Positions 52,233-64,000 of a stretch of DNA of 64,000 nt are shown one piece after another. This stretch comes from Candidatus Zhuqueibacterota bacterium (GTDB taxonomy: Bacteria; SM23-31). Within the stretch, counting starts at the first letter, position 1. Each line of letters begins with the position of its first letter. The stretch lies in the NCBI GenBank assembly GCA_042564455.1, contig JBHPLC010000003.1, positions 8,394-72,393 on the forward strand, in the 5' to 3' direction. A program made the translations under genes and the position numbers. Under the pieces are notes generated by a model. The model made no database searches, was not told where the DNA came from, and worked only from the letters and a program-made list of their open reading frames with translations.

Positions 52233-55200
52233 TTAACCTTCTACCGATTGATTTTCTTCAACGGTTTCTTCCGTGCTATCGGCAACTACTTCGGACTCTA
52301 ATAATTTTTCTTCTTCAATATCATTATCAGAAATAATTTCAATATTCTGAAGTGTTTTAATACCGGTTCCGGCAGGAATCAGATGTCCGATAATTACATT
52401 TTCTTTCAATCCTCTCAGATTGTCTATTTTTCCTTCAATTGCCGCCTCAGTCAGGACTCTTGTAGTCTCCTGGAATGAAGCAGATGAAATAAAACTTTCA
52501 GTACTTAATGATGCCTGAGTTATACCCAACAACTGAGGAATAAAAGTCGCAGGTCTGGCCTGACGATATTTTATTGGATCTTTTTCCTGATTTTTTAATC
52601 TCTCATTCAGCCTGTCAAGTTCAAAAATCTCAACCATCTCTGATATATTTAATTTGGAACCACCGGGCTCGTCAACAATACCGTAATTCAATATCTTCTC
52701 GTTGTCAGAAAGGAACTTCGACTTGTCAACTAGATCATCCTCGAGAAAATATGTATCGCCCGGATCTTCTATCCTGACCCTTTGAAGCATTTGTCTAACA
52801 ATTGTTTCAATATGTTTATCATTAATTTTTACACCCTGCAGTCTATACACTTCCTGTATCTCATTCACCAGATATTCCTGAACGGCATTTGCACCTTTGA
52901 TCCTCAATATATCGTGAGGCGCAACGGATCCTTCAGACAATCTCTCACCTGCCATAACCTCATCACCATCATGAACAAGAATATGCTTACCGTAAGGTAT
53001 AAGATAGCTCTTTTTCGTAGATTTACCCTGAATAGTGATCTCTCTGATTCCGCGTTTGATAGAACCGAACTTAACATTTCCGTCAATTTCAGTCACGACT
53101 GCCGGTTCTTTTGGTTTTCTTGCTTCAAACAGTTCAGCAACTCTTGGCAAACCTCCCGTAATATCCTTTGATTTCAGAGTTCCTCTTGGGATCTTAACAA
53201 GAATTTTGCCTGGTTCAACCTCTTGTCCGTCATCAACCATCAACCGTGATTTTACCGGAATCATATAATTAGCGATTTTCTCTTCATTTTCGTCCAGAAC
53301 CAATATATGAGGATTGATTTTCCGGTTTCTCGATTCTACAACTACTCTCTGCTTCAAACCGGTATGTTCATCCAGCTCGACATTATATGTTACACCTTCT
53401 TTAAGGTCGGCGAACTTGACAGTACCTGCAAACTCAGAGAGGATAACCAGTGAATAAGGATCCCACTGGAATATCATCTGTCCTTTTTGTACATCTGCAC
53501 CATTATCAACAAGTATTGAAGCGCCATAAGGTACAGAATACCTGGCAACCATTCTATTATTATCATCAGTAATCTCAATACGGCCGTTTCTGCCGAGGGC
53601 AGTTTTTATTTTTTCGTCTGTTCCATCAAGGGTGTTTGTAAATTTCAAATTGCTGCTGTATTCAATTTTTCCCGCATTTTTCGCTTTTACTCCCGATTGG
53701 GCTGCGCCAACCTGGGCTGTACCGCCTATATGGAAAGTACGGAGTGTCAGCTGTGTTCCGGGTTCACCAATACTTTGAGCGGCCATTACACCGACAGCTT
53801 CACCGATACTGACAACTTTTCCGGTAGCCAGATTTCTTCCGTAACACATCCGGCATACACCAAATTTTGATTCGCAGGTTAATACAGAGCGAATGGAAAC
53901 TGTATCTAAGATCGAATCTGCAATACGCTTGGAAGCCGCCTCATCGATTTCCTGACCTGATTCAGTTATCATTTCTTCTGTCTGCGGATCATAAACATCT
54001 TCAACAGCTATTCTACCTAAGATACGCTCATACAGGGGTTCGATTATTTCTTCACCTTCCTTAAGATCTGAAATTTCGAGTCCCATAATTGTTCCACAAT
54101 CATCTTGTGTAATAATTACATCCTGTGCAACATCAACGAGCCTTCTTGTTAAATAACCGGCATCAGCTGTCTTCAATGCCGTATCAGCTAATCCTTTTCT
54201 TGCACCGTGTGTTGATATAAAGTACTCGAGTACAGATAAGCCTTCCTTAAAATTAGCTGTAATGGGAGATTCGATAATCTCACCGGTCTGGCCGATCATA
54301 CTTTTTTGCGGTTTTGCCATCAGACCACGCATTCCAGCCAGCTGTCTTATCTGTTCCTTACTGCCTCTCGCTCCTGAATCTGCCATCATAAATACAGGAT
54401 TAAAACCTCCTTGGGATGTAGACAACTTGGCAAACAAAGCTTTAGAGACATCAAGAGTTGTATATGTCCATACATCAATTATTTTATTATATCGTTCACC
54501 GTCAGTGATATTTCCCTGTTCATATTGTTTTTGGATCGTCTCAACTTCACCAACAGCATATTTTATCAGATTTTCTTTCTCATCGGGGATAATAACATCA
54601 TCAATTCCGATAGAGACTCCCCCTTTCATAGCATAATAGAAACCAAGTTCTTTCAGCCTGTCAAGGAATTCTGATGTTATTTTATTGCCAAGACTTCTAA
54701 ATGACTGAGCAACAATATCCTCTATTTTCGATTTTGTCAATAATTCGTTTACAAAATTCATTTCTTCCGGCATTATCTGATTAAAAATCACTCTTCCAAC
54801 AGTTGTTTTTACTACTTTACCATCAATTTTCAGAGTAATACCGGCATGCAGCCCTACCTTACCTGTATCATAAGCATAAAGCACTTCTTTTTGATTAGCA
54901 AATAACTTATCCTCGCCGACTTCCCCGCTTTTCACTTTTGTTAGATAATAGCATCCTAATACTATATCCTGACTTGGTACTGAAATCGGTCTTCCATTTG
55001 CAGGTGAAAGAATATTGTGCGGAGCCAGCATTAATATTCTGGTTTCAAGCTGTGCTTCGTAGGATAAAGGAACATGAACAGCCATCTGGTCACCGTCAAA
55101 ATCAGCATTAAACGCTGCACAGACTAACGGATGTATCCTAATTGCTTTACCTTCGATAAGCACCGGCTGAAAAGCCTGAATACCTAAACGGTGAAGAGTA

Positions 55201-56525
55201 GGTGCACGGTTAAGCATTACAGGATGATTCCTAATAACGATTTCAAGTATATCCCAGATCTCTTTACCCTTTTTATCAACAAGCTTTTTTGCACTTTTTA
55301 CTGTTTTTACAAGGCCTTTTTCGACAAGTTTCCTAATAATAAACGGTTTGAACAGTTCTACCGCCATATCTTTTGGCAGACCGCATTCTCCCAGTCTCAG
55401 TTCGGGCCCGACAACAATAACAGATCTTCCGGAATAATCAACACGTTTACCAAGAAGATTCTGTCTGAAACGACCCTGCTTACCTTTAAGCATATCGCTT
55501 AATGATTTAAGAGGTCTGTTGCCATCACTTCTTACCGCTGTTGCTTTACGGCCATTATCAAAAAGAGAATCAACTGCTTCCTGAAGCATTCTTTTTTCGT
55601 TTCTCAGGATCACTTCAGGTGCTCTGATCTCTATCAGGTTTTTCAGTCTGTTATTTCTGATTATAACTCGTCTGTAAAGATCATTCAAGTCGCTTGTAGC
55701 AAATCTTCCACCCTCAAGAGGAACCAACGGCCGCAATTCAGGAGGAATTACGGGTATTACATCTAAAACCATCCACTCCGGTTTGTTGAAATTCGAAGTT
55801 TCATCAATCTTAAATCGCTCTATTACTTTCAGTCTTTTTAAAATATCGCTTTTTCTCTGGGCTGAAGTTTCAATTTTAAGCTGTGCCCTGAGAGTTATTG
55901 AAAGATCTCTTAAATCAACTCTTTTGAGAAGCTCTTTTATAGCTTCACCACCAATTTTTGCAGCGAATTTATCATCCGCTTCAGCATCAAGTCGGGACTT
56001 TTCTTCCGGAAACTCATTAATGATCCTGAAGTATTCTTCTTCCGGTATCAGTTCTCTGGGTTTCAAGCCGGTTTTTCCCGGTGAAATAACTACGTAAGAT
56101 TCATAATAAATAACTTTTTCAAGATCTTTAACCGACATACCAAGAATGTATCCGATTTTGCTGGGCAGAGAACGGAAATACCATATATGAACAACCGGAG
56201 TTGCCAGTTGAATATGCCCCATTCTTTCTCTGCGGACACTCTTCATAGTAATTTCAACGCCACACCTGTCACAAATAATGCCTTTATAGCGGATCCTTTT
56301 GTATTTTCCGCAATGACATTCCCAATCCCGAACAGGCCCAAAAATTTTCTCGCAGAACAGTCCGTCTTTTTCAGGCTTGAATGAGCGATAATTGATTGTT
56401 TCGGGCTTAGTTACTTCCCCATAAGATTGCGCAAGTATAGTATCCGGAGATGCTAAATTAATTGAAATCTTTGAGTAAGTTTTACTTACACCGAAATCGA
56501 TACCTGATTTGGTATTTAAAGTCAA
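52233..56525 (-). CDS. rpoC: DNA-directed RNA polymerase subunit beta prime
   Basis: 1430 aa. Zn-finger [28 protein letters not shown] active-site motif. Confidence 0.95.
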   Translation of the reverse strand: MTLNTKSGIDFGVSKTYSKISINLASPDTILAQSYGEVTKPETINYRSFKPEKDGLFCEKIFGPVRDWECHCGKYKRIRYKGIICDRCGVEITMKSVRRERMGHIQLATPVVHIWYFRSLPSKIGYILGMSVKDLEKVIYYESYVVISPGKTGLKPRELIPEEEYFRIINEFPEEKSRLDAEADDKFAAKIGGEAIKELLKRVDLRDLSITLRAQLKIETSAQRKSDILKRLKVIERFKIDETSNFNKPEWMVLDVIPVIPPELRPLVPLEGGRFATSDLNDLYRRVIIRNNRLKNLIEIRAPEVILRNEKRMLQEAVDSLFDNGRKATAVRSDGNRPLKSLSDMLKGKQGRFRQNLLGKRVDYSGRSVIVVGPELRLGECGLPKDMAVELFKPFIIRKLVEKGLVKTVKSAKKLVDKKGKEIWDILEIVIRNHPVMLNRAPTLHRLGIQAFQPVLIEGKAIRIHPLVCAAFNADFDGDQMAVHVPLSYEAQLETRILMLAPHNILSPANGRPISVPSQDIVLGCYYLTKVKSGEVGEDKLFANQKEVLYAYDTGKVGLHAGITLKIDGKVVKTTVGRVIFNQIMPEEMNFVNELLTKSKIEDIVAQSFRSLGNKITSEFLDRLKELGFYYAMKGGVSIGIDDVIIPDEKENLIKYAVGEVETIQKQYEQGNITDGERYNKIIDVWTYTTLDVSKALFAKLSTSQGGFNPVFMMADSGARGSKEQIRQLAGMRGLMAKPQKSMIGQTGEIIESPITANFKEGLSVLEYFISTHGARKGLADTALKTADAGYLTRRLVDVAQDVIITQDDCGTIMGLEISDLKEGEEIIEPLYERILGRIAVEDVYDPQTEEMITESGQEIDEAASKRIADSILDTVSIRSVLTCESKFGVCRMCYGRNLATGKVVSIGEAVGVMAAQSIGEPGTQLTLRTFHIGGTAQVGAAQSGVKAKNAGKIEYSSNLKFTNTLDGTDEKIKTALGRNGRIEITDDNNRMVARYSVPYGASILVDNGADVQKGQMIFQWDPYSLVILSEFAGTVKFADLKEGVTYNVELDEHTGLKQRVVVESRNRKINPHILVLDENEEKIANYMIPVKSRLMVDDGQEVEPGKILVKIPRGTLKSKDITGGLPRVAELFEARKPKEPAVVTEIDGNVKFGSIKRGIREITIQGKSTKKSYLIPYGKHILVHDGDEVMAGERLSEGSVAPHDILRIKGANAVQEYLVNEIQEVYRLQGVKINDKHIETIVRQMLQRVRIEDPGDTYFLEDDLVDKSKFLSDNEKILNYGIVDEPGGSKLNISEMVEIFELDRLNERLKNQEKDPIKYRQARPATFIPQLLGITQASLSTESFISSASFQETTRVLTEAAIEGKIDNLRGLKENVIIGHLIPAGTGIKTLQNIEIISDNDIEEEKLLESEVVADSTEETVEENQSVEG

Positions 56526-56542
56526 TTTAATCCCTCTAAATT

Positions 56543-59500
56543 TTATTCGACTTTTACATCTAAACAGAGTCCCTGCAATTCTCTTACGAGAACATTAAAA
56601 GACTCCGGTACACCTGCCTGGGGGAGATTTTCCCCTTTGACTATTGCTTCATAAATTTTTGATCTTCCATTTACATCATCGGATTTCACAGTCAGAATCT
56701 CTTTTAATGTATGGGCAGCGCCATATGCTTCAAGAGCCCAGACTTCCATCTCACCAAATCTCTGACCACCAAATTGAGCTTTACCGCCAAGCGGCTGCTG
56801 AGTGATCAAAGAGTAAGGCCCAATAGAGCGGGCATGTATTTTGTCTTCAACTAAATGCGATAATTTCATCATGTAAATACAACCAACCATAACATCCTGA
56901 TCGTATTTTTCTCCGGTCATACCATCATATAATTTGGTCTTACAAAATTCGTTCAGACCGGCTTTTCTCAGATAATCCTGTACATCATCAAGAGTTGCTC
57001 CATCAAAAACCGGAGTTGCGAACTTCATATTAAGTTTCTTTGCCGATAGACCGAGCATTGATTCGAGGATCTGCCCCAGATTCATACGGGAAGGCACACC
57101 TAAAGGATTCAGCACTATATCGATAGGTGTTCCATCGTCAAGAAATGGCATATCTTCAACAGGGACTATTTTTGCAACAACACCTTTATTTCCATGACGT
57201 CCTGCCATCTTATCGCCAACCTGAAGTTTTCTCTTTTTAGCGATATATACTTTTGCAAGCTGAACTATTCCCGGGGGAAGCTCATCTCCAACAACTATTT
57301 TATATTTGTGTTTCTTAAACTCTTCTTCAAGATTATATTTTTTACTCACAAAATTACTTATAAGAACATTTACAGCAGCATTTATATCTTTATTTTTAAT
57401 CCAGTCATTATCAAGATCTATATCATCAAAATTCAGTTTATTCAATACCGCAGATGTAAGCTTTGATCCAGCTTTAACTGCCGGTTTCCCATCGCTGATT
57501 CTTTTCATCCCCTTAACTACTTCGCCTAAAAGAAGTCTTTCCAGTTTCTCATTCCGAAGCTCAGTTACTGTTTCCAGATCTTTCTTCAGTTGTTTTTCTA
57601 GTTTATCAATTTTCTTTTTGTCTTCTTTTTTGGCGCTGGAATCCTTGTTTTTTCTGGAAAATAATTTAGTGTCAACAACAATACCATGCATTCCGGGAGG
57701 AGCTTTCAGGGATGCATCTTTTACATCTCCGGCTTTATCACCAAATATGGCTTTTAATAATTTTTCTTCAGGAGTGGGATCAGTTTCACCTTTAGGTGTG
57801 ATCTTACCGACTATAATATCACCTGCGTTAACTTCGGCACCTATACGGATGATACCGTTCTCATTCAAATTCCTGGTAGCTTCTTCGCTAATGTTAGGGA
57901 TTTCTCTCGTTAATTCTTCTTCTCCTCGTTTTGTATCCCTTACCTGCAGTTCAAATTCTTCTATATGAATAGATGTATAGACATCTTCACTTACAGCATT
58001 TTCGTTTATTACGATAGCATCCTCAAAGTTATATCCTCTCCAAGGCATAAATGCTACTATGACATTGCGGCCTAATGCAAGCTCACCCCCATCAGTCGCA
58101 CATCCGTCTGCAAGGACATCCCCTCTTTTTACTTTATCTCCTACTTTTACAATAGGTTTTTGATTAATGCATGTATCCTGATTTGTCCGGAAATATTTCG
58201 TTATTCTATATGTTTCGTATTCAATATTATCAAAACTTAGTGCGAAGTCGGATACTTTACTTTCCTTATCCAAGTCTCTTTTTATCATAATTTCATTAGC
58301 AGTAACTTTCATGACCTCACCGTCAGATCCGGATACGACCATAGTCCTTGAGTCTTGAGCAACCTTTGCTTCCAAACCTGTGCCAACTAAAGGAGCTTCC
58401 GGTTTGAGAAGAGGTACAGCCTGTCTCTGCATATTTGATCCCATCAGGGCGCGGTTTGCATCATCATGTTCAAGAAATGGTATTAATGCCGCCGCCGCAC
58501 TTACTATCTGATTTGGAGAAACATCCATATAACTTACACTTTCCGGAGGCACAACCGGAAAATCTAATTTATAACGGCATTTTACGCGGTCTCTGATAAA
58601 TTTACCTTTCTTATCCAGCGGTGCATTTGCCTGGGCAATGACAAGATCTTCTTCATCATCAGCAGTAAGGTAATCTACTTCACTTGTAGCAATACTTTTT
58701 TCAACTCTTCTATATGGTGTTTCAAGAAAACCGAAATTATTTATCCTTGCATGTATACATATCGATGAGATCAAACCAATATTTGGCCCTTCCGGTGTCT
58801 CTATAGGACAAAGTCTTCCATAATGAGTATAGTGAACGTCACGAACTTCAAAACCCGCTCTCTCTCTCGTCAAACCTCCCGGACCTAATGCGCTTAAGCG
58901 GCGTTTATGCGTCAACTCTGCCAGCGGATTAGTCTGATCCATAAATTGAGAAAGCTGACTCGTGCCGAAAAATGTATTTATCAACGAAGAAATTGTTCTG
59001 GCATTTACAAGATCCTGCGGAGTCAATGTCTCTTTATCCCTAAGATTCATACGCTCTTTTATAGTGCGTGCCATTCTTGCAAGACCAACACTGAATTGAG
59101 ATGCGAGCTGCTCTCCTACAGTCCTTATTCTTCTATTGCCGAGATGGTCAATATCATCAGTCGAACGTTTTCCATTCTTCAGTTCAAGAAGATATTTTAT
59201 TATTGCAATTATATCTTCTTTAACAAGGACCGTAACTTCCTCAGAGACTTTCAGATTGAGTTTCTTATTTAGTCTGTGCCGTCCTACAATACCCAGATCA
59301 TATTTTTTTGGATTAAAAAACAGTCGGTCAATTAGATTTCTGGCTGTTTCAAGATCAGGTGCTTCACCCGAACGCATCTGACGGTAGATCGTCTCAAGAG
59401 CTTCCGCTTCGGATTTTGAGGTGTCCTTTCGCATTGTATTAGAGATAACATCGGAATAAACACCGCTGGTACTCTTAAGAAGTAGGAACTCTGTTCTCTT

Positions 59501-60328
59501 TGCTTTTTTCAGGATTTTTGCCGTTTCGAGTGAAAATTCCGAATATTTTTCCGTATAAATCTCACCCGTTTCTTCGTTAACGATATCTTCTACAAACTTC
59601 CTGCCGACAAATTTATCTAACTTCCCTTTTGTTATGTTGACTTTATCAAGCATCCCAAAAAGTTCGTAGACGTCTTTGTCAGTAGAAAAACCGAGAGACC
59701 TGAGAAATGTAGTTACAGGGAATTTTTTACGCCTGTCAATATAGACATACATAACATCATTGATGTCAGTAACAAACTCAAGCCACGAACCACGGAAAGG
59801 TATGATCCTGCCTGAATAAATCAGTGTACCATTCGGATGCGTCGCTTCATCAAAGAAAACACCGGGTGAACGGTGCAACTGATTCACGATGACTCTTTCG
59901 GCTCCGTTAATAATAAATGTTCCCTTTCCGTTCATAAAAGGAAGATTGCCAAGATAGACATCCTGAACAATCGCCTGTGAGAACATACCGGATCCAGCAT
60001 CTTCATCCTTAAAAGATAAACGCAGTTTAGCCTTAAGGGGTACTGAATAAGAAACACCTCTTTCCTGACATTCCAATACGGAATATTTAGGCTGATCAAC
60101 GTAATATTCCATGAATTCCAATATGTAATTCTCTCGAGAATCCACAATTGGAAAAATATTACTGAAGACGGCCTGCAAGCCCTGTTTTTTCCGCTCTGCA
60201 GGTGGAATATCCTGCTGCAGGAATCCCCTGAATGAGCTTAACTGAATAGCCAGAAGATCAGGCATTTCGAGTATTTGAGAAATCTTGGAAAAATTGATTC
60301 TTTCACCATTTTTATTTTGATTTTCCAA
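56543..60328 (-). CDS. rpoB: DNA-directed RNA polymerase subunit beta
   Basis: 1261 aa, conserved beta-subunit blocks. Adjacent to rpoC. Confidence 0.95.
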   Translation of the reverse strand: MENQNKNGERINFSKISQILEMPDLLAIQLSSFRGFLQQDIPPAERKKQGLQAVFSNIFPIVDSRENYILEFMEYYVDQPKYSVLECQERGVSYSVPLKAKLRLSFKDEDAGSGMFSQAIVQDVYLGNLPFMNGKGTFIINGAERVIVNQLHRSPGVFFDEATHPNGTLIYSGRIIPFRGSWLEFVTDINDVMYVYIDRRKKFPVTTFLRSLGFSTDKDVYELFGMLDKVNITKGKLDKFVGRKFVEDIVNEETGEIYTEKYSEFSLETAKILKKAKRTEFLLLKSTSGVYSDVISNTMRKDTSKSEAEALETIYRQMRSGEAPDLETARNLIDRLFFNPKKYDLGIVGRHRLNKKLNLKVSEEVTVLVKEDIIAIIKYLLELKNGKRSTDDIDHLGNRRIRTVGEQLASQFSVGLARMARTIKERMNLRDKETLTPQDLVNARTISSLINTFFGTSQLSQFMDQTNPLAELTHKRRLSALGPGGLTRERAGFEVRDVHYTHYGRLCPIETPEGPNIGLISSICIHARINNFGFLETPYRRVEKSIATSEVDYLTADDEEDLVIAQANAPLDKKGKFIRDRVKCRYKLDFPVVPPESVSYMDVSPNQIVSAAAALIPFLEHDDANRALMGSNMQRQAVPLLKPEAPLVGTGLEAKVAQDSRTMVVSGSDGEVMKVTANEIMIKRDLDKESKVSDFALSFDNIEYETYRITKYFRTNQDTCINQKPIVKVGDKVKRGDVLADGCATDGGELALGRNVIVAFMPWRGYNFEDAIVINENAVSEDVYTSIHIEEFELQVRDTKRGEEELTREIPNISEEATRNLNENGIIRIGAEVNAGDIIVGKITPKGETDPTPEEKLLKAIFGDKAGDVKDASLKAPPGMHGIVVDTKLFSRKNKDSSAKKEDKKKIDKLEKQLKKDLETVTELRNEKLERLLLGEVVKGMKRISDGKPAVKAGSKLTSAVLNKLNFDDIDLDNDWIKNKDINAAVNVLISNFVSKKYNLEEEFKKHKYKIVVGDELPPGIVQLAKVYIAKKRKLQVGDKMAGRHGNKGVVAKIVPVEDMPFLDDGTPIDIVLNPLGVPSRMNLGQILESMLGLSAKKLNMKFATPVFDGATLDDVQDYLRKAGLNEFCKTKLYDGMTGEKYDQDVMVGCIYMMKLSHLVEDKIHARSIGPYSLITQQPLGGKAQFGGQRFGEMEVWALEAYGAAHTLKEILTVKSDDVNGRSKIYEAIVKGENLPQAGVPESFNVLVRELQGLCLDVKVE

Positions 60329-60420
60329 AAATATTCCTCTTGTGTTTGTTTGACTATATTTTTTAAATGAAAGGCCGGGAAAATCCTGCCTGACACATTT
60401 AATTAAGTAATAAATTATAA

Positions 60421-60798
60421 TTACTTAATTTCAACAATACCGCCGGCTTCTTCTATTTCTGTCTTGATCTTTTCTGCTTCATCTTTAGGAATCCCATCTT
60501 TAACAGTATTCGGAACTCCATCAACAAGATCCTTAGCTTCCTTAAGGCCTAATCCGGTAAGTGCTCTAACAACTTTGATTACCTGGATCTTCTTTTCGCC
60601 AAAGCTGGTTAAAACAACATCAAATTCGGTTTTTTCTTCAGCTTCCTGAGCAGCTTCACCACCACTTGCAGGAGCAACTGCCATTACCGGAGCAGCGGCA
60701 GACACACCGAATTCTTCCTCAAGATCCTTAACAAGGTCTGCCAATTCTACGACAGTTAATTTCTTGATGGATTCTTTGATTTCTGAAATCGTACTCAC
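60421..60798 (-). CDS. rplL: 50S ribosomal protein L7/L12
   Basis: Ala/Gly-rich hinge and conserved C-terminal domain. Confidence 0.9.
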   Translation of the reverse strand: MSTISEIKESIKKLTVVELADLVKDLEEEFGVSAAAPVMAVAPASGGEAAQEAEEKTEFDVVLTSFGEKKIQVIKVVRALTGLGLKEAKDLVDGVPNTVKDGIPKDEAEKIKTEIEEAGGIVEIK

Positions 60799-60902
60799 TT
60801 GACTTCTCCTTTACTATAATACTATTATTATTTTGCTCTAAAATTCATAAAATTAACGATAATTATTCCCCGGATGCTCTTGTAAAATGATTATCCAAGA
60901 TT

Positions 60903-61601
60903 TTAATCTGGTTTTTCGGGGGTTTCATTTACATCAGAAGAACCTTCAGATGTTTTTTCCTCCATTCCCTCATCTTTTTTCTCTTTTTCGGAAGTTTCAG
61001 CTTCAGCTTTTACTTCCTCATCCTTAGGTTCAGATGCGGGGGTTGTTTGTTCTTTTTCTTCTTCAACTGCCGGTTGATCACCAGTTTCCTCTTTTTTATC
61101 ACGAATTGCACTGAGCACTCCAACAAAATTCCGCAATATACCGCTTAGTGTCATAACCAGACCGGAGATCGGAGAGTTTAAAGAACCAAGCATTTTTGCT
61201 ATCAGCTCATCACGAGAAGGAAGAGTTATGATTTTTTCAGCACCAGCTTTATCATAAATTATTCCTTCAACAATAGCAGCTTTTAATGGCAGCAATGATG
61301 TTTTCTTTTGAAAACCTTCTATCACTTTTCCGGGAAGCATTGCATCATTATAGCTATAAGCAATAGCCGTAGGACCAATCAGATATTTCTGCAGATCATC
61401 TAAAGACAAATCTTTAATTGAAAGGATCGTAAGTGTATTCTTCACAATCCTGTAATTAATATCATTTTCCTTAAACTGTGTTCTCAATTTATTGATTGTA
61501 TCAACATCAATACCGGTAAAATCCGTAAGGTAAACGCCTTTTGCCTCGGAAAATACCTTATGTAATTCTTCTACAACTTGTGTTTTTTCTTCTCGTAACA
61601 T
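60903..61601 (-). CDS. rplJ: 50S ribosomal protein L10 with about 60-aa acidic C-terminal extension
   Basis: L10 core of about 170 aa, then a tail rich in E, K and T (EEEKEQTTPASEPKDEEVKAEAETSEKEKKDEG...). Confidence 0.85.
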   Translation of the reverse strand: MLREEKTQVVEELHKVFSEAKGVYLTDFTGIDVDTINKLRTQFKENDINYRIVKNTLTILSIKDLSLDDLQKYLIGPTAIAYSYNDAMLPGKVIEGFQKKTSLLPLKAAIVEGIIYDKAGAEKIITLPSRDELIAKMLGSLNSPISGLVMTLSGILRNFVGVLSAIRDKKEETGDQPAVEEEKEQTTPASEPKDEEVKAEAETSEKEKKDEGMEEKTSEGSSDVNETPEKPD

Positions 61602-61616
61602 TTATACATCCATTTA

Positions 61617-62315
61617 TTACAGGTTCTGTAGAATTTCCTGATGGTTCAATTTAATTCCAGGACCCATTGAAGACGAAATTACCATTTTCTTTATATATTG
61701 ACCTTTTGTTGATGCCGGCTTCAGTTTAACAACAACAGCCAAAAATGTTTTGATATTCTCAGACAGTTTTTCAGTACCAAACGATGCTTTACCCAGCCCG
61801 GTATGAATAATACCGGTTTTATCAACCCGGAATTCTATCTTACCTGCCTTTATTGCTTTGACAGCATCAGCCACATCCATAGTAACTGTTCCGCTTTTCG
61901 GACTCGGCATCAGACCTCTCGGACCGAGCAGTTTTCCAAGTTTTCCTACCTGGCCCATAACATCAGGGGTTGCAACGACAGAATCCACATCAGCCCAGCC
62001 ATCCTGGATCTTTTTAATGTAGTCATCAAGACCGACGTGATCTGCTCCGGCTTCCTTAGCTTCATCTTCTTTGCTGCCCTTTGTCAATACAAGTACTTTT
62101 TTTGTTTTTCCGGTTCCATGTGGCAGACTTACCACACCCCTTATATTCTGGTCAGCATGTCTCGGATCAACACCCAGATTCATACTGATCTCTACAGTTT
62201 CATCAAATTTTGCAGTTGCTGACTTTCCCAGCAGATCCAAACCTTCTTCAAGCGATAATTCTTTCTGCTTGTCACAATTTTCTTTTATTCCGATAAATCT
62301 TTTTGACTTTTTCAT
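61617..62315 (-). CDS. rplA: 50S ribosomal protein L1
   Basis: Canonical. Confidence 0.9.
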   Translation of the reverse strand: MKKSKRFIGIKENCDKQKELSLEEGLDLLGKSATAKFDETVEISMNLGVDPRHADQNIRGVVSLPHGTGKTKKVLVLTKGSKEDEAKEAGADHVGLDDYIKKIQDGWADVDSVVATPDVMGQVGKLGKLLGPRGLMPSPKSGTVTMDVADAVKAIKAGKIEFRVDKTGIIHTGLGKASFGTEKLSENIKTFLAVVVKLKPASTKGQYIKKMVISSSMGPGIKLNHQEILQNL

Positions 62316-62332
62316 CTTGACCTATTTACCTG

Positions 62333-62755
62333 TTAATTAACCACAACACCCATACTTCTTGCAGTACCGGCAATTATTTTCTTAGCGGCTTCTATATCCC
62401 CGGCGTTAAGATCTTCCATCTTGGTTTTAGCAATCTCCTCAACCTGAGAATCGGAAATAGTCCCCACCTTATCTCTATTAGGGACTGGTGAACCTTTATC
62501 CAGACCAGCAGCTTTTTTTATTAATTCCGAAGCCGGAGGAGTTTTTGTAATAAAAGTAAAACTATGATCTTTATAAACCGTGATAACAACAGGGATTATA
62601 AAACCTGCTTTATCCTGAGTTTTAGAATTAAAAGCCTTGCAGAACTCCATAATATTCACACCGCGCTGGCCTAAAGCCGGACCTACTGGAGGTGACGGAT
62701 TTGCCTGGCCGGCGGGAATCTGTAATTTAATTATACCATCAACTTTCTTTGCCAT
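62333..62755 (-). CDS. rplK: 50S ribosomal protein L11
   Basis: Canonical. Confidence 0.9.
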   Translation of the reverse strand: MAKKVDGIIKLQIPAGQANPSPPVGPALGQRGVNIMEFCKAFNSKTQDKAGFIIPVVITVYKDHSFTFITKTPPASELIKKAAGLDKGSPVPNRDKVGTISDSQVEEIAKTKMEDLNAGDIEAAKKIIAGTARSMGVVVN

Positions 62756-62757
62756 AA

Positions 62758-63777
62758 CTATTTTTCCTGTTCAACTTGTAGGAAGTCTAATTCTACCGGA
62801 GTAGGACGACCAAAAATAGAAACCATTACTTTAACTTTATTTTTCTCCAGATTTATCTCTTCGATAAAACCGGTAAATTCATTAAAAGGACCATCGACTA
62901 CTTTTACAGAATCTCCAACATTGAAAGGCGAGGAGATGGTTTCCACATCTTCTTTTTGCTGGGTTCTTCCTAATATTCGTCCAATTTCTGAAGGATGAAT
63001 TATCTGAGGCGAAGTCTGAGAACCTAAAAAATTGATTACTCCGGGAGTATTCAATACAATATGACGAGTTTCTTTATCCAAAATCATTTCCACAAGAACA
63101 TAACCCGGAAAGAAATTCTTTGTCTTAACAACCTTCTTGCCGTCGCGCATTTCAATAACATTTTCCTGTGGAACCAGAACATTAGTAATCCTGTCTTCAC
63201 AGTTCGCTCTGGCAACCTCATTTTCTAAACGCTGCAATACTTTTGTCTCCTGGCCGGAATAAACATGAAGTGTATACCAGATCAGATTATCCGGTTTCTT
63301 AGGAGCTTTTTGCTCAACGGGCTTTTCTTCTACAGCCTTTTCTTCTTCATTTACTTCTTCGACAATTTCTTCTGCACTCTCTTCAACAATTTCTTTTTCA
63401 ATTTCATCAGTCTTTTCTTCTACACTCTCTTCGATAACTTCTTCTGTAATAACTTCTTCGACCTTTTCTTCCTCAACGGTATCAGCCGGTGCATCTTCAT
63501 CCGCAAATAACATCTTTTTCATTTCTTCTGCAGAAGGAAACTCTCCATCGGTAAGACTAAATACAAACCTCCCGGTTTTACCTGATCTTGGAGATTTATT
63601 TTCAAAGAATTCAGCAATATCATTTGAAAGTGACAAACTGCTATCCTTTTCAACAATTGCTATATGCTTTGGGTATTCCGGACAGAATATTTTAGTATAA
63701 CCGGAAGCAACCGTCTCCAGTTCATAGCCTTTGGCTTTTAAATCATCCTGTCTTATTTCTTTATCACTCTTACTCAT
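62758..63777 (-). CDS. nusG: transcription antiterminator NusG with about 160-aa N-terminal extension
   Basis: NGN + KOW core from about residue 165 ([16 protein letters not shown]...[23 protein letters not shown]). The N-terminal part comprises an unassigned about 80-aa segment and an acidic E/V-rich linker. Confidence 0.8.
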   Translation of the reverse strand: MSKSDKEIRQDDLKAKGYELETVASGYTKIFCPEYPKHIAIVEKDSSLSLSNDIAEFFENKSPRSGKTGRFVFSLTDGEFPSAEEMKKMLFADEDAPADTVEEEKVEEVITEEVIEESVEEKTDEIEKEIVEESAEEIVEEVNEEEKAVEEKPVEQKAPKKPDNLIWYTLHVYSGQETKVLQRLENEVARANCEDRITNVLVPQENVIEMRDGKKVVKTKNFFPGYVLVEMILDKETRHIVLNTPGVINFLGSQTSPQIIHPSEIGRILGRTQQKEDVETISSPFNVGDSVKVVDGPFNEFTGFIEEINLEKNKVKVMVSIFGRPTPVELDFLQVEQEK

Positions 63778-63780
63778 AAC

Positions 63781-63966
63781 CTATCGCAGCAAAAATGTCA
63801 TAATTTTAGTCAAACCAAAGTCTACAAAAAATATGTACACCGAGAGTATAATAGATACAACAATTACAACCACTGTTGAACCACGAAGCTCCTGAAATGA
63901 GGGCCAGCTAACTTTTGTCATTTCAAAACGGACATCAGACAAGAATTTCTTAATTTTTTGTATCAT
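63781..63966 (-). CDS. secE: preprotein translocase subunit SecE
   Basis: 61 aa, a single C-terminal TM helix. Immediately upstream of nusG. Confidence 0.85.
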   Translation of the reverse strand: MIQKIKKFLSDVRFEMTKVSWPSFQELRGSTVVVIVVSIILSVYIFFVDFGLTKIMTFLLR

Positions 63967-64000
63967 CTCTAGTTTCTCAAACCGCCGGTCTATTAGCAGG

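Noticed and set aside
57306-57968. 220-aa plus-strand ORF (S/F/L-rich) inside rpoB on the opposite strand
   Set aside because: Antisense to a highly conserved gene. The low-complexity composition mirrors lysine/glutamate codons of the sense strand, so it is a spurious frame.
60329-60420. Possible rplL-rpoB attenuator hairpin (aggccgggaaaatcctgcct)
   Set aside because: The stem is imperfect (4+2 bp with a bulge) and is not followed by a T-run on the transcribed strand. Too weak to call.
63967-64000. Possible tRNA (tRNA-Trp is often upstream of secE)
   Set aside because: Only 34 nt remain. I found no recognisable T-arm or acceptor pattern.
1-64000. CRISPR arrays, IS elements, integrases, rRNA
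   Set aside because: No regularly spaced direct repeats, no transposase or integrase-like ORFs, and no rRNA-like conserved segments found on inspection.

Overview
This is an AT-rich bacterial chromosome segment, probably from a diderm organism given its TolC-like, Omp85-like and TolB-like proteins. About 60 of 61 genes lie on the minus strand. The right half (about 32.0-64.0 kb) is one uninterrupted minus-strand array of transcription and translation genes: secE-nusG-rplKAJL-rpoBC-rpsLG-fusA-tuf, then the S10, spc and alpha blocks through rpoA-rplQ. Several of its proteins (L5, L17, L10, NusG, EF-G, L24) carry unusual low-complexity or zinc-ribbon extensions. The left half (1-32 kb) is accessory or envelope-like. 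It holds a partial MsbA-type ABC exporter, a membrane-anchored protein plus a BamB-like PQQ lipoprotein directly upstream of a 980-aa protein that fuses an HExxH domain, TolB-like propeller blades and an Omp85-like barrel, then coaE, pilT, a LarC homologue with two orphan EcfA/CbiO-type ATPases, a REC-GAF-degenerate-GGDEF response regulator next to a FapA/DUF342-like protein, a TolC-like channel, an ABC-2 ATPase with a 1118-aa permease fused to a large exodomain, a BNR/Ycf48-like propeller that appears to use a CTG start, the only plus-strand gene (class II RNR nrdJ, with a near-consensus promoter and a bidirectional terminator), and an envelope-polysaccharide cluster (RmlA-like, Wzi-like, UbiA/DPPR-like, DUF362). 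I found no rRNA, tRNA, CRISPR array or obvious mobile element. All calls rest on reading the ORF translations and motifs by eye; none was checked against a database.
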